Positions 20,794 to 29,682 of a DNA stretch of 64,000 nucleotides are shown piece after piece. Made by a program: the position numbers and the translations under genes. Every line of letters begins with the position of its first letter. The first letter of the stretch is position 1. This stretch comes from an uncultured delta proteobacterium (GTDB lineage: Bacteria > Myxococcota_A > Polyangia > Fen-1088): NCBI GenBank assembly GCA_963767925.1, contig CAVYGB010000003.1, positions 1 through 64,000 on the forward strand, given 5' to 3'. Under the pieces are notes generated by a model. It saw nothing but the letters and a program-made list of their open reading frames with translations. It was not told the DNA's origin and made no database searches.

Positions 20794-21642
20794 TTACTGG
20801 CGGCGCACCAAGACGGCGCCGTTTTCGGGGGGGATGAGGGTGTGGACCATCGGCGAGCCGCGGACCGGGACGGCGTCGCCGTGCACGCTGACCTCGGTGC
20901 CGAGGTAGCCTACCGCCTCGATGCGATCGCCCGGGGCCAGCGTGGCCTGCAGGAAGCGGGGCTCGCGCTCGAGCTTGGCGGGCCGCAGGGCCGCGCCCAG
21001 GGCCTGGCGGACCTCGCGCGGGACGTCGCCGACGTGGCGGGGGGAATCGAGCAGGTGGATGGCGGCCGGGTTTACCCGCACCGAGGACCCGTCGTCGAGC
21101 CGCAGGCGGAAGGGCACGCCCCGGATGTCCTCGCGGGCGGTGGAGCCGGCCCGGTCGGCGGTGCCCACCTCCCAGAACTGGGCCCGCGCGTACACCACCG
21201 GCCGCTCGCTGCCGGGCGCGGGGAAGACCTTGCCCTCCGGCTCGATGGTGCCGGTCAGCCGGACCAGCGTGCCCGGGCTGGCCCCCGCGATGCTCTGGAG
21301 CAGCGGCGTGCCGATGAAGCGGCGCCGCTGCCGCCAGCCCCGGTTCTGGAAGGGCAGGGTCATCAGGCCCAGGGCGGCCCCGAAGACGAGCGACTTCCAG
21401 GGCCCCCAGACCTGAGCGGTCAGGTCGAGCGCCAGCGAGGCGCTCGCCGCCCCCAGCCCCATGAGCAGCGAGGCGCCCCCCGCGCCCAGCCGGCTGTTCT
21501 CGAAGATCTCGACCCCGTCGCCCCAGCGACTGCGCACCAGAGGTCCCAGAGGGGCAGGCGCCGCCAAGGCCCGGCTGCCTTCCGTGGTCGGGCCCGAGGC
21601 GCCCGGGATCGGATCCTTCAGCGGCCCCGCACGGCCATCCAC
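20794..21642 (-). CDS. Hypothetical membrane protein (possible GIDE-like domain)
   Basis: Two TM segments then 'LVRLTGTI...PFRLRLDDG...LAPGDRIEAVG'; TATAGT 6 nt before the GTG. Confidence 0.6.
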   Translation of the reverse strand: MDGRAGPLKDPIPGASGPTTEGSRALAAPAPLGPLVRSRWGDGVEIFENSRLGAGGASLLMGLGAASASLALDLTAQVWGPWKSLVFGAALGLMTLPFQNRGWRQRRRFIGTPLLQSIAGASPGTLVRLTGTIEPEGKVFPAPGSERPVVYARAQFWEVGTADRAGSTAREDIRGVPFRLRLDDGSSVRVNPAAIHLLDSPRHVGDVPREVRQALGAALRPAKLEREPRFLQATLAPGDRIEAVGYLGTEVSVHGDAVPVRGSPMVHTLIPPENGAVLVRRQ

Positions 21643-21706
21643 CCCTTCACTATACTGCGACAAGCGCCGTGTCGGCGCGAAGGACTCGGGCCGGCGCAGC
21701 TGCTGC

Positions 21707-23164
21707 TCAGGGCATGCCGCCCTGGCGGCGCAGCAGCCCGAACAGCTCGGCGCGGGTGCGGGGGCCGTGGGCGGAGAAGGTGGGAGAGGGGTTGTTGCGA
21801 TACTCCCGGCGCGCCTTCGAGACCGCATCCTCCTTCTGGACCTGGCGGATCTCGTCGGGCTCCACGGCGTAGACCCGGGCCGCGTTCAGTCCGAAGATCT
21901 TGGCCTTGGCCTCCCGGGTCAGCGCCGGGTAGCCGTGTTTCTCCTGCAGCTCGACCGGGATCTGGAAGGCGCGGAAGGCCTGGATCTGGTCCTGGGGCGA
22001 GCCGAACCAGATGCCGTCGGTCCCCCAGAGGATGCGGTCTTCGCCGAGGTGCTTGAGCAGCTTGCCGATCACGTGGGCCGCCTCGGTCGGTTTTTTCATG
22101 ACCTCGCGCCAGACCCCGCCGAGCTCGGCCCAGACGTTGCCATCCTTGCCGATGCCCGCCAGCTCGAGCGAGCGGATGAGGCCGTTGACCCCCTTCTTGC
22201 CGGTGGGGTCGTAGGGCCCCTCGACCGTGTCGGGCTGGTAGGCCGAGTGGTAGATGAGGAACTTGGCCTTGGGGAACGCCCGCGCCACCGGGCCCACGTC
22301 GTCGGCCTGGGCGAACACCGGATCTTGCCCTTCGAGCGGCAGGCCCTTGTGGATCGCGAAGATCGGCTTGCCCAGCTCGAGGCCGTGGCGGATGGCCGCC
22401 AGCCCGGTCGCCGGGTCGTCGAGGCGGTAGCCGCGGCCGTCGGGACCCCAGACCGGGTACAGCTTCCAGGCGTCGATGCGCTGGGTGTCGGTGAGGGCCT
22501 GCATCGAATCGAACAGCTTGTGCCGGTCGTAGACCTTGGGCAGCACCAGCGCGTGCAGGCGCAGCCGCCCGCGCCCGAGCTTGGCAGCAACCTCGGCGGT
22601 CTCGGCCGCCTCCTCGATGTGCAGCGGGTTGATGTCCGGGGTGCCCCACAGCGCGCTCAGCACCGCCAGGTCGGTGTCGCTGTCGATGAAGATGTCCTTG
22701 ATGTAGGGGTCGCGGGTGAAGCACTCGACGAAGTTCGGCTTGCAGCTCGCCTGCGGCTGCTTGTCGAGGAAGCTCGCCAGGGTCGGGCGGCTGCTCTGCC
22801 ACCAGGTGCGATCGGGCGACACGTGGTGGGTCTGCACGTCGAAGATGAACTCGTCGCCCTCCAGGGTCTCGGCGGCCACGGCCGGCTCGAAGGGGGCCTC
22901 CTGCGGCCGCACCAGCTGGTAGGTCGGCCCACACCCCGACAGCTCGTTGAGCGACAGCAACACGGTGGCGGCGCCGCAGCTCGACCGGAGGTAGTCGCGC
23001 CGGCTCACCCCCAGGCGCCGGGCGTTGTCGAGGCAGCGCTCGAAGGCGACCTTCTGGACCCGCTGCAGCGCCGGCGAGGACGGCGGCGGGACGTATTCTC
23101 CGTTGGAGGTCGGCTCGAGCTTGATGGGGAGCTGCAGCGGCGATTCCTGGTCGGACTTGCGCAT
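21707..23164 (-). CDS. Amidohydrolase family protein (Amidohydro_2-like)
   Basis: FDVQTH, IHKG, IYHS, ILWGTDGIW, KIFGLNAARVY; internal Tat-like SRRDYL. Confidence 0.88.
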   Translation of the reverse strand: MRKSDQESPLQLPIKLEPTSNGEYVPPPSSPALQRVQKVAFERCLDNARRLGVSRRDYLRSSCGAATVLLSLNELSGCGPTYQLVRPQEAPFEPAVAAETLEGDEFIFDVQTHHVSPDRTWWQSSRPTLASFLDKQPQASCKPNFVECFTRDPYIKDIFIDSDTDLAVLSALWGTPDINPLHIEEAAETAEVAAKLGRGRLRLHALVLPKVYDRHKLFDSMQALTDTQRIDAWKLYPVWGPDGRGYRLDDPATGLAAIRHGLELGKPIFAIHKGLPLEGQDPVFAQADDVGPVARAFPKAKFLIYHSAYQPDTVEGPYDPTGKKGVNGLIRSLELAGIGKDGNVWAELGGVWREVMKKPTEAAHVIGKLLKHLGEDRILWGTDGIWFGSPQDQIQAFRAFQIPVELQEKHGYPALTREAKAKIFGLNAARVYAVEPDEIRQVQKEDAVSKARREYRNNPSPTFSAHGPRTRAELFGLLRRQGGMP

Positions 23165-23355
23165 CACTTACCTCGCCCCGGACCAGATGCGACCGCCCCG
23201 CGCGGCTGCAAGCGGGATTCGCCCTTGCTCGCCGCGAATCGGAGGCCAATCCGATGCGCACTCCGGATGGCCAAATTGGCGGGCCGATCCGGGTGCCAAT
23301 CCGTGTGCAGCGATGCCCGGGAGATTTCGCGGAGGTATCCGCCGCGATCGGCGCG

Positions 23356-25107
23356 TCAGCGGTTGGCCACGTCGGCGGCCAGGCGAGTCAGCTCCAGGAT
23401 GCGGCGATCCTCGACCGCGGCGGCGCGCGGGTCGGCCACCCGCCGGCGCATCTCCCGCACGAATCCGTCGATGTTGTAGCGGCGGCCGGTCTCCGGGTTG
23501 AGCCCGTAGGTGACCCCGGGCGTGCGCTCGCGCTGCTCGAGCGCGGCGAGGGCCTCCTCCAGGGTGCGCCGGTGGGCGGGCTTGCGATCCTCGAGGTAGA
23601 GGCGCTGCGCGAGGTAGGCCCGCAGCCACTCGCGCGTGAGGACGGCGGCGTCGAGCAGGAAGCGGAAGTCCTCCTCGAGCGGGGCGAGCTGGGCGGGCGG
23701 CAGGTAGCGGGCCGCCTGGCGCAGGTCGGCCTGGCTGGCCCGCACCTGGGCCACCACCGCGTCCTTCTCGGCCATCGCCCGGGCGAAGGTCTCCGCGTCG
23801 GGGTGGTAGAGCTTCTCCTCCCGGACCAGGTCGCCGGGCTCCTGGGTCCACTTGAAGCGGGAGCGGAGCAGGACCCGGCTGTAGAGGTAGGCGTAGTCGG
23901 CCCACTCTCGCCCGATCTCCTTGTGCAGCCAGTATTCGAGGTGCCAGCGGCCCCGGTGGTTGATGGCCTCGGTGCGGGCCAGCGCCGCCACGACGTGGGG
24001 CACCGCCCGTGGCGGGTAGCGGCGGGCGGCCCAGTCGGTCAGCACCCGGTCGACGCCCAGGGTGGGATCGGCGACGAAGCGGGAGAAGGCGTACAGGTTC
24101 ACCTCGTGCGAGTCGACGAACGGCTCGGCGGCGTGCAGGCGGGCCCGCCCCACCAGCCCGACCGCCCTCGTGTCGCGGGCGCGGAGGGCCACCCGGCGGA
24201 TGTAATCGGTCTGGGCATAGGCGCCGCGGGGATCCCAGGCCTTCTCCACTCCCAGGTCGATCTCGATGATCTGCCGCTTGCGCCCCATCTGCCCGTGCAG
24301 GGGATCCCAGGGGTAAAAGGGGTGAAACTCGTGGGTTGTGTCCTTGCTCATGACGATGACGTCGTCGGGCAGGCGCTCGACCCCCCGCTTGAAGTGGGCC
24401 ATCTCGAGCGGCTCGTAGAAGAAGTTGCGCACGATGAGCTGCTTGCCCTTCCGGGCGAGCAGGTCGTAGAGCAGCTTGCTGACCTTGTAGACTCGCTCGG
24501 CGACGTCGGCGCCGGCGGCGGTCCGGGTGGCGATGTCGCCGTGGCGGAACACCTTGAGGTCGCTCTCGTGCAGGGTGAGCACGAACCCGGCGGTGCCGGG
24601 GACGGCGGCCAGCAGCCGCTCGTAGCGCTCGGTGAGGTAGGTCCAGAGGCCGGGGTTGTCGTAGTCGACCCGCCCCTTGACCAGGAAGCGGGTGGGCAGG
24701 TCGTCGAACTCGTGGACCCACAGGTAGTAGGGGATGCCCTGCGAGGCGGCGAGATCGCCAATCCGCCGCAGGTCGGTCTTCCAGCCGGGGATGAGGCGGA
24801 AGTTCTCGCCCCGCTTGAGCTGCCGCACGTGGGCCGAGGGGGCGTCGGGCCGGACGTCATCGTCGGAGGCCAGGAACCCTTCCACCGAGCGGAAGAACTC
24901 GTGCGAGAAGATGAAGGAGCTCACCCCGTAGCCGCGCGCCCGCCGGATGGCGTCCTCGAGCTTCGGCAGGTTGAACTCGTGGAACTGCCAGGCGTTCATG
25001 GTGAACGGAGAGGCGGCCGCCCGGGCCGGCGCAGCGGGCAGGGCGGCGGCGAGCGCCAGGGCGAAGGCAACGAGGCGGGTCGCGGTGAGCAGCGGCAGGA
25101 GCGGCAT
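23356..25107 (-). CDS. Secreted hypothetical protein, possibly glycoside hydrolase-like (GH67-like TIM barrel)
   Basis: Signal peptide; 'LIVRNF', 'VIVMSK....FHP', 'VNLYAFSRF..DP' weakly resemble alpha-glucuronidase-like proteins. Confidence 0.55.
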   Translation of the reverse strand: MPLLPLLTATRLVAFALALAAALPAAPARAAASPFTMNAWQFHEFNLPKLEDAIRRARGYGVSSFIFSHEFFRSVEGFLASDDDVRPDAPSAHVRQLKRGENFRLIPGWKTDLRRIGDLAASQGIPYYLWVHEFDDLPTRFLVKGRVDYDNPGLWTYLTERYERLLAAVPGTAGFVLTLHESDLKVFRHGDIATRTAAGADVAERVYKVSKLLYDLLARKGKQLIVRNFFYEPLEMAHFKRGVERLPDDVIVMSKDTTHEFHPFYPWDPLHGQMGRKRQIIEIDLGVEKAWDPRGAYAQTDYIRRVALRARDTRAVGLVGRARLHAAEPFVDSHEVNLYAFSRFVADPTLGVDRVLTDWAARRYPPRAVPHVVAALARTEAINHRGRWHLEYWLHKEIGREWADYAYLYSRVLLRSRFKWTQEPGDLVREEKLYHPDAETFARAMAEKDAVVAQVRASQADLRQAARYLPPAQLAPLEEDFRFLLDAAVLTREWLRAYLAQRLYLEDRKPAHRRTLEEALAALEQRERTPGVTYGLNPETGRRYNIDGFVREMRRRVADPRAAAVEDRRILELTRLAADVANR

Positions 25108-25494
25108 GGCGGCCCGACGCTATCCCGCCCCGGCTCCCCCGGCGAGGAAACTGGAGCGACCCTCGGTCCATCGCCTCTCCTGGCGGCCGACCGCGGCCGT
25201 GGGGACAGGTCGGCTCGTCTGCGCGCCGGGTGAGGGACGCCCGCCCCGGCACCTGCCCTCACCCTACCCGAGAGCCCGTCCGGAGGAGGTCCGCGGCGCA
25301 CGGGGTCAGGGGGCCCCGGGTGGGGCGTTGACCGAATCTGGGCCCAGCGTTAACGTTGTCGCCCGGCTGCGGAGTTGGCGATATCCTCGCGGCCGGTCCG
25401 GGGCCCAGCGCGCGCCTCGGAGATCGTGACCGGGGTGGGCGGCGGGGCGAGACCCGGTCTCGCGGAGTGGGACTCAAGCAAGAGAGGACTCCAC

Positions 25495-27390
25495 ATGCGT
25501 CCGGTTCCACAGCTCAGCGCGGTGCTGCTCTCCGCGATCGCGCCCCTGGTTTGTCTGGCCTCCGGGTGTGGCCCTTCGGCCTCCCGGTCCCACCCGTTGC
25601 CCGAGCTGGTCCAGCCGCCCTACGCGCCCGGGAGCGCGGGCGGCGGCGCCATGACCCAGGCCGGTGCGCCCGGCGTCGACCAGCCCGCCGATGGCGGCGC
25701 CGGGGGAGCCGGCGGGGCCCCGGCCAGCATCGATCCGGTGGCGGCGCCGCCTCCGCCCGCGGCGACCGAGGCCGACGCCGGCCCGACCGGCGCTGCCGGC
25801 TCCGTCCTGGGCGCGATCTGTGGCGCCGGCGTCGAGTGCGCGTCGGGGTTCTGCGTGGACGGGATCTGCTGCGCCGAGGCCTGCGCCTCGCCCTGCCAGA
25901 GCTGCGGCCAGGTCGACTCCCCCGGCCGCTGCGTCCCGGTGCCGACCGGCCAGGATCCCGACAACGACTGCGCCTTCGAGCCGGCGGCCATGTGTGGCCT
26001 GGACGGGACCTGCGACGGGCAGGGGGCCTGCCGGCGCCACGTGCTGGGGACCGAATGTGCGCCCGGCGGCTGCGCCGGGGCCAGCGAGCTGGCCGCCCGG
26101 GTGTGCGACGGCAACGGCGTCTGCCAGCCGGCGCAGGCGCGGAGCTGCGCTCCGGCGGTGTGCCGGCAGGGCTCGTGCGCCGCCCGCTGTGCCTCGGGCG
26201 CCGACTGCCAGAACGGCTTCTTCTGCGACGGAGGGATGTGCCGGCTGCGCCGCCCGCTCGGCCAGGCCTGCGGCGCCTCCGGGCAATGTGCCTCCGGGGC
26301 CTGCGTCGACGGGGTCTGCTGCAACGGCGCCTGCACCGAGCGCTGCTCGGCCTGCAACCTCCCGGGGTCGGTGGGCCGCTGCGCGGCGGTCCCGACCGGC
26401 CAGGACCCGGCCGCCGAGTGCGCCGCCCAGGACCGGGCCACCTGCGGCCGCGACGGCGCCTGCAACGGAGCGGGGGCCTGCCGGCTGCAAGCCGCCGGGA
26501 CCGAGTGCGCCGCCGCCACCTGCTCCGGCCAGACCGCCACCTCCGCCCGGCAGTGCAACGGCCGCGGGCAGTGCGGGGCACCGGCCCGCACCGAAACCTG
26601 TGGCGCCTTCGCCTGCGCCGGGGCCACCTGCGCCAGAGCGTGCGAGGGGGCTCAGGGCTGCGCCGACGGCTTCACCTGCAACGGGACGGTGTGCGCCGAG
26701 GACGGCCTGGTCCTGTACTGGAAGCTCGACGAGGCCGGCGGCGCCACCGCGCTCGACGCCTCGGGCAACGGCTTTGACGGGACCTACCTGGAGGCGCCCA
26801 GCCGGCCGTCGCCGTCCGCGCCGGTCGACCCCGCCCTGCGGTTCGCCAACCCGCGCAGCCGGGCGTTCTCCGGGGCCGAGCAGCAGGGCATCGTCCTGGC
26901 CAGCATGCCGGCGCCGCTGCGGCCGACCGAGGAGCTGACCCTCTCGGTCTGGTACCGCTCCACCGCGGTCGACACCGGCGGCGGCGGCGAGCTGATCAGC
27001 CTCGGCAACAACACGCTGGTGCGCGTCCGGACCGACGACATCGACGTGTCCAAGCGGGTGCCCAACGGCGACGCTCCCGGCGCGTACGCGCGTTGCTTCG
27101 GCGCCGCGCCCGGCCACCTCGACGGCAACTGGCACCACCTGGCAGCGGTGATCGACGCGACGACGGTGACCGTCTACTTCGACGGCAACCAGGTCTGTCA
27201 GCTCATGAACGTCCAGCCGATGCTGTACGACCGCGGCGCCGATCTGTCCGTGGGGCGCCACGCCGACGGCCAGGACGACTTCGACTTCGACGGCAACATC
27301 GACGAGGTCCGGATCTACGCCCGCGCCCTTCCCCCGACCGCATCGCCCAGCTCGCCCGCGGCAGCAACTAGCGCACCGCAGTCGAAATAG
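25495..27390 (+). CDS. Cys-rich repeat lipoprotein with C-terminal LamG (concanavalin A-like) domain
   Basis: Repeated C.SG.CVDG.CC..AC...C..C; 'LVLYWKLDE..G.TALDASGNG', 'WHHLAAV', 'FDGNIDEVRIYARAL'. Probable 1-nt frameshift near 27330; the corrected frame stops at 27371. Confidence 0.88.
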   Translation: MRPVPQLSAVLLSAIAPLVCLASGCGPSASRSHPLPELVQPPYAPGSAGGGAMTQAGAPGVDQPADGGAGGAGGAPASIDPVAAPPPPAATEADAGPTGAAGSVLGAICGAGVECASGFCVDGICCAEACASPCQSCGQVDSPGRCVPVPTGQDPDNDCAFEPAAMCGLDGTCDGQGACRRHVLGTECAPGGCAGASELAARVCDGNGVCQPAQARSCAPAVCRQGSCAARCASGADCQNGFFCDGGMCRLRRPLGQACGASGQCASGACVDGVCCNGACTERCSACNLPGSVGRCAAVPTGQDPAAECAAQDRATCGRDGACNGAGACRLQAAGTECAAATCSGQTATSARQCNGRGQCGAPARTETCGAFACAGATCARACEGAQGCADGFTCNGTVCAEDGLVLYWKLDEAGGATALDASGNGFDGTYLEAPSRPSPSAPVDPALRFANPRSRAFSGAEQQGIVLASMPAPLRPTEELTLSVWYRSTAVDTGGGGELISLGNNTLVRVRTDDIDVSKRVPNGDAPGAYARCFGAAPGHLDGNWHHLAAVIDATTVTVYFDGNQVCQLMNVQPMLYDRGADLSVGRHADGQDDFDFDGNIDEVRIYARALPPTASPSSPAAATSAPQSK

Positions 27391-27530
27391 CGTCAAGGCT
27401 GCGCCGACGATCCGCGCCCCCGCTTCGTTGCTCCTCCTCGGAATACGCCGGATATTCGTCGTCGTCGCGCCTCGCGGGGCCGCAGGCTCGTCGGCGGATC
27501 CTTGACCCTATTTCGACTGCGGTGCACTAG
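27368..27530. mobile_element. ~163-bp CTAG-bounded palindromic element (MITE-like), copy 1
   Basis: 31-bp terminal inverted repeats with 2 mismatches (CTAGCGCACCGCAGTCGAAATAGCGTCAAGG); core shared with 63137-63301. Confidence 0.75.
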
Positions 27531-27544
27531 CCCCGACCGCCAGA

Positions 27545-27992
27545 CCCCTCACCCCTCCCTCTCCCCGCTCCGCGGGGCGAGGGCGAACGGAAAACGGGGT
27601 GCGAGAATCTCGGCCGAATCTGCCGTACTCCTCGGACGACTGGGAGAAGCGCCGCTGGTTGGATCCTTCGCTCGGATTGATGATCGGGCATCTGGCGGAT
27701 CGTTCGCCCTCGCCCCGCGGTCTGCCGCGGGAGAGGGTGGGGTGAGTTCGCTCGGATTGATGATCGGGGCATCTGGCGGATCGTTCGCCCTCGCCCCGCG
27801 GTCTGCCGCGGGAGAGGGTGGGGTGAGTTCGCTCGGATTGATGATCGGGGCATCTGGCGGATCGTTCGCCCTCGCCCCGCGGTCTGCCGCGGGAGAGGGT
27901 GGGGTGAGTTCGCTCGGATTGATGATCGGGCATCTGGCGGATCGTTCGCCCTCGCCCCGCGGTCTGCCGCGGGGAGAGGGTGGGGTGAGGGG
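27545..27992. repeat. REP-like hairpin cluster: one REP followed by four 80-81-bp tandem units, each with an oppositely oriented REP
   Basis: CCCCTCACCCC.CCCTCTCCCC...GGGGCGAGGGCGAAC at 27545-27590; units begin at 27667, 27747, 27828 and 27909. Confidence 0.9.
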
Positions 27993-28331
27993 TCTCCGCT
28001 GCGCGCTGCCCACGGGCGGGCGCGCGGCGCAATTCGTGCGGCGTACGCGCGGCTGCGGTTGTGCAGGTGGCAAGGGACGCCGGCAATGAGCATTGTGTGG
28101 GAGCGTGTTGTCGGGCTTTGACCCGTTGCCCGTGGCGCTCTCGCACGGTGTCGGGGCTTGCGGGCGGTTGTGGGCGTCGTTGTCGGCGGGCAAGCCTCTG
28201 CGGCCGATTGCGTTGCGGATTGGCTGGCCCGGTAACGGATCCGCAACGGCATCGAGCGCATTTTGCTCACGGTCGCGACCGAACGGGACCTATTCTGGAG
28301 TCTAAGCCTAAGAGGGGGTACCAAGTTGCTC

Positions 28332-28949
28332 ATGGGCGTCCGGGGTCGTCTCCGCGCTGGGCGCGGAGCCAGGGTTCTGTTGACCTTTGCGTGTGGTGCC
28401 TGCGCGGTCTCCCCGCTGGCCTGCGCCCCGCACGCCGCCGATCGCGCCACCGTCGGTGGCCTCGCCGGTGCCGGCGGCTCTGGGCGGGGTCGGACGAGCC
28501 CGACCTTGCCCCCTAGCGGTGGCAGCGGCGGCGCCTCCGGCGGCGTGGCCGGCATGGCGGGTGCGCCGGTGGCAGGCAGCGGCGGCAGCGCCGGACCGGG
28601 CCCCGGCGGCGACGCCGGCACCGACAGCGCGACGGGCCCCGGGCCCGATCCGATCCCACCGCCGTCCGTCGACGCCGGCAGCGCCGCCGACCTCGCCGTC
28701 CTGGACGGCACACCCCGGGACGTCGGCCCGCCGCTGAGCAACGCCGTCGCCGCGAGCTGCACCAACCTGCCTACCTGGCGATCCGGCGTCCAGTACCAGC
28801 AAGGCGCCGACGTCATTCACCTCGAGCCGCGGCGCCGCTTCGAGTGCCGCACCTGGCCCTACACCCCCTGGTGCGCCCTGTCGGCCTACGAGCCCGGCCT
28901 CAACCGCCACTGGCCGGAAGCCTGGGTCGACCGCGGCCGCTGCCCGTAG
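28332..28949 (+). CDS. Lipoprotein with Gly-rich linker and C-terminal chitin-binding-like module (CBM5/12/73-like)
   Basis: C-terminal W..G.QYQQG..V...RFECRTWPYTPWC....YEPG...W..AW. Confidence 0.7.
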   Translation: MGVRGRLRAGRGARVLLTFACGACAVSPLACAPHAADRATVGGLAGAGGSGRGRTSPTLPPSGGSGGASGGVAGMAGAPVAGSGGSAGPGPGGDAGTDSATGPGPDPIPPPSVDAGSAADLAVLDGTPRDVGPPLSNAVAASCTNLPTWRSGVQYQQGADVIHLEPRRRFECRTWPYTPWCALSAYEPGLNRHWPEAWVDRGRCP

Positions 28950-29005
28950 GGAAAACGCCTCGAATCTCCCGCATCCGCGGCGCGGACCTGACGCGTCCTG
29001 GCCGC

Positions 29006-29560
29006 TCAGGTCACCCGGCCCGCCGCGCTCCCGGGGAGGATGAGGGCGGTGTCGGCGAGCTCGTGCGACAGGTAGCCACCGTCGAGGGCGACGGCGTGGG
29101 CGGCGCGGAGGAGGGGCACGTCCGCGAAGGCCTGCAGGAGCTGGTGGTGGCTCTCGTCGGGCTCGTGCAGTCCGGAGAGGATGCCCTGGACCACCCGCAA
29201 CCGGTGCCCGGGTCCGATGCGCAGGTCGGTCTCGTCCGCCCCGGCGCGCAGGGCCTCGCCGCGCTGGTCGGCCGCGCGGGCGGCTCCCTCGAGCGCGCGC
29301 ACCACCGTGGTGCCCACCGCTACCACCCTCCCGCCGGCTCCGCCGGGTCCGGGCCAGCGCGGCCTCGTCTCGGCCGGGATCTCGTAGGGCTCGGGCAGCG
29401 GCAGGCGGGCGTCCAGCTTCGCGTCGCCGGTGGCGCTGAGGCCGGCGGCGTGGGTGAGGTGGGCCAGGGTCACGCCCGTGCGGCGCAGCTCGAGCAGGAT
29501 CCGCCAGCTCAGCGCCCGCCCCGCCGACGGCATCTCGAAGGCCCAGGGCCCGCTGGCAGC
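29006..29560 (-). pseudogene. queA: QueA-like SAM:tRNA ribosyltransferase-isomerase, C-terminal remnant
   Basis: EMPSAGR, LTHAAGLS, RVVAVGTTVVRALE, GLHEP..SH motifs; N-terminal half missing. Confidence 0.75.
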
Positions 29561-29682
29561 TCCAGCCCGGCGACGTTGTCGTCTTCCGGGGCGACCAGCG
29601 CCACGGTTACCGCAACCTGGGCCCCACCACCGCGGTGGCCTGCAGCGTGGTGGCCTTCTCCCCGGTCGCGGTCTGAGCCCGA

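Noticed and set aside
27502..28193. ORFs with 27-aa repeats
   Set aside because: Translations of the REP tandem array; unit length varies 80/81 bp, breaking the frame.
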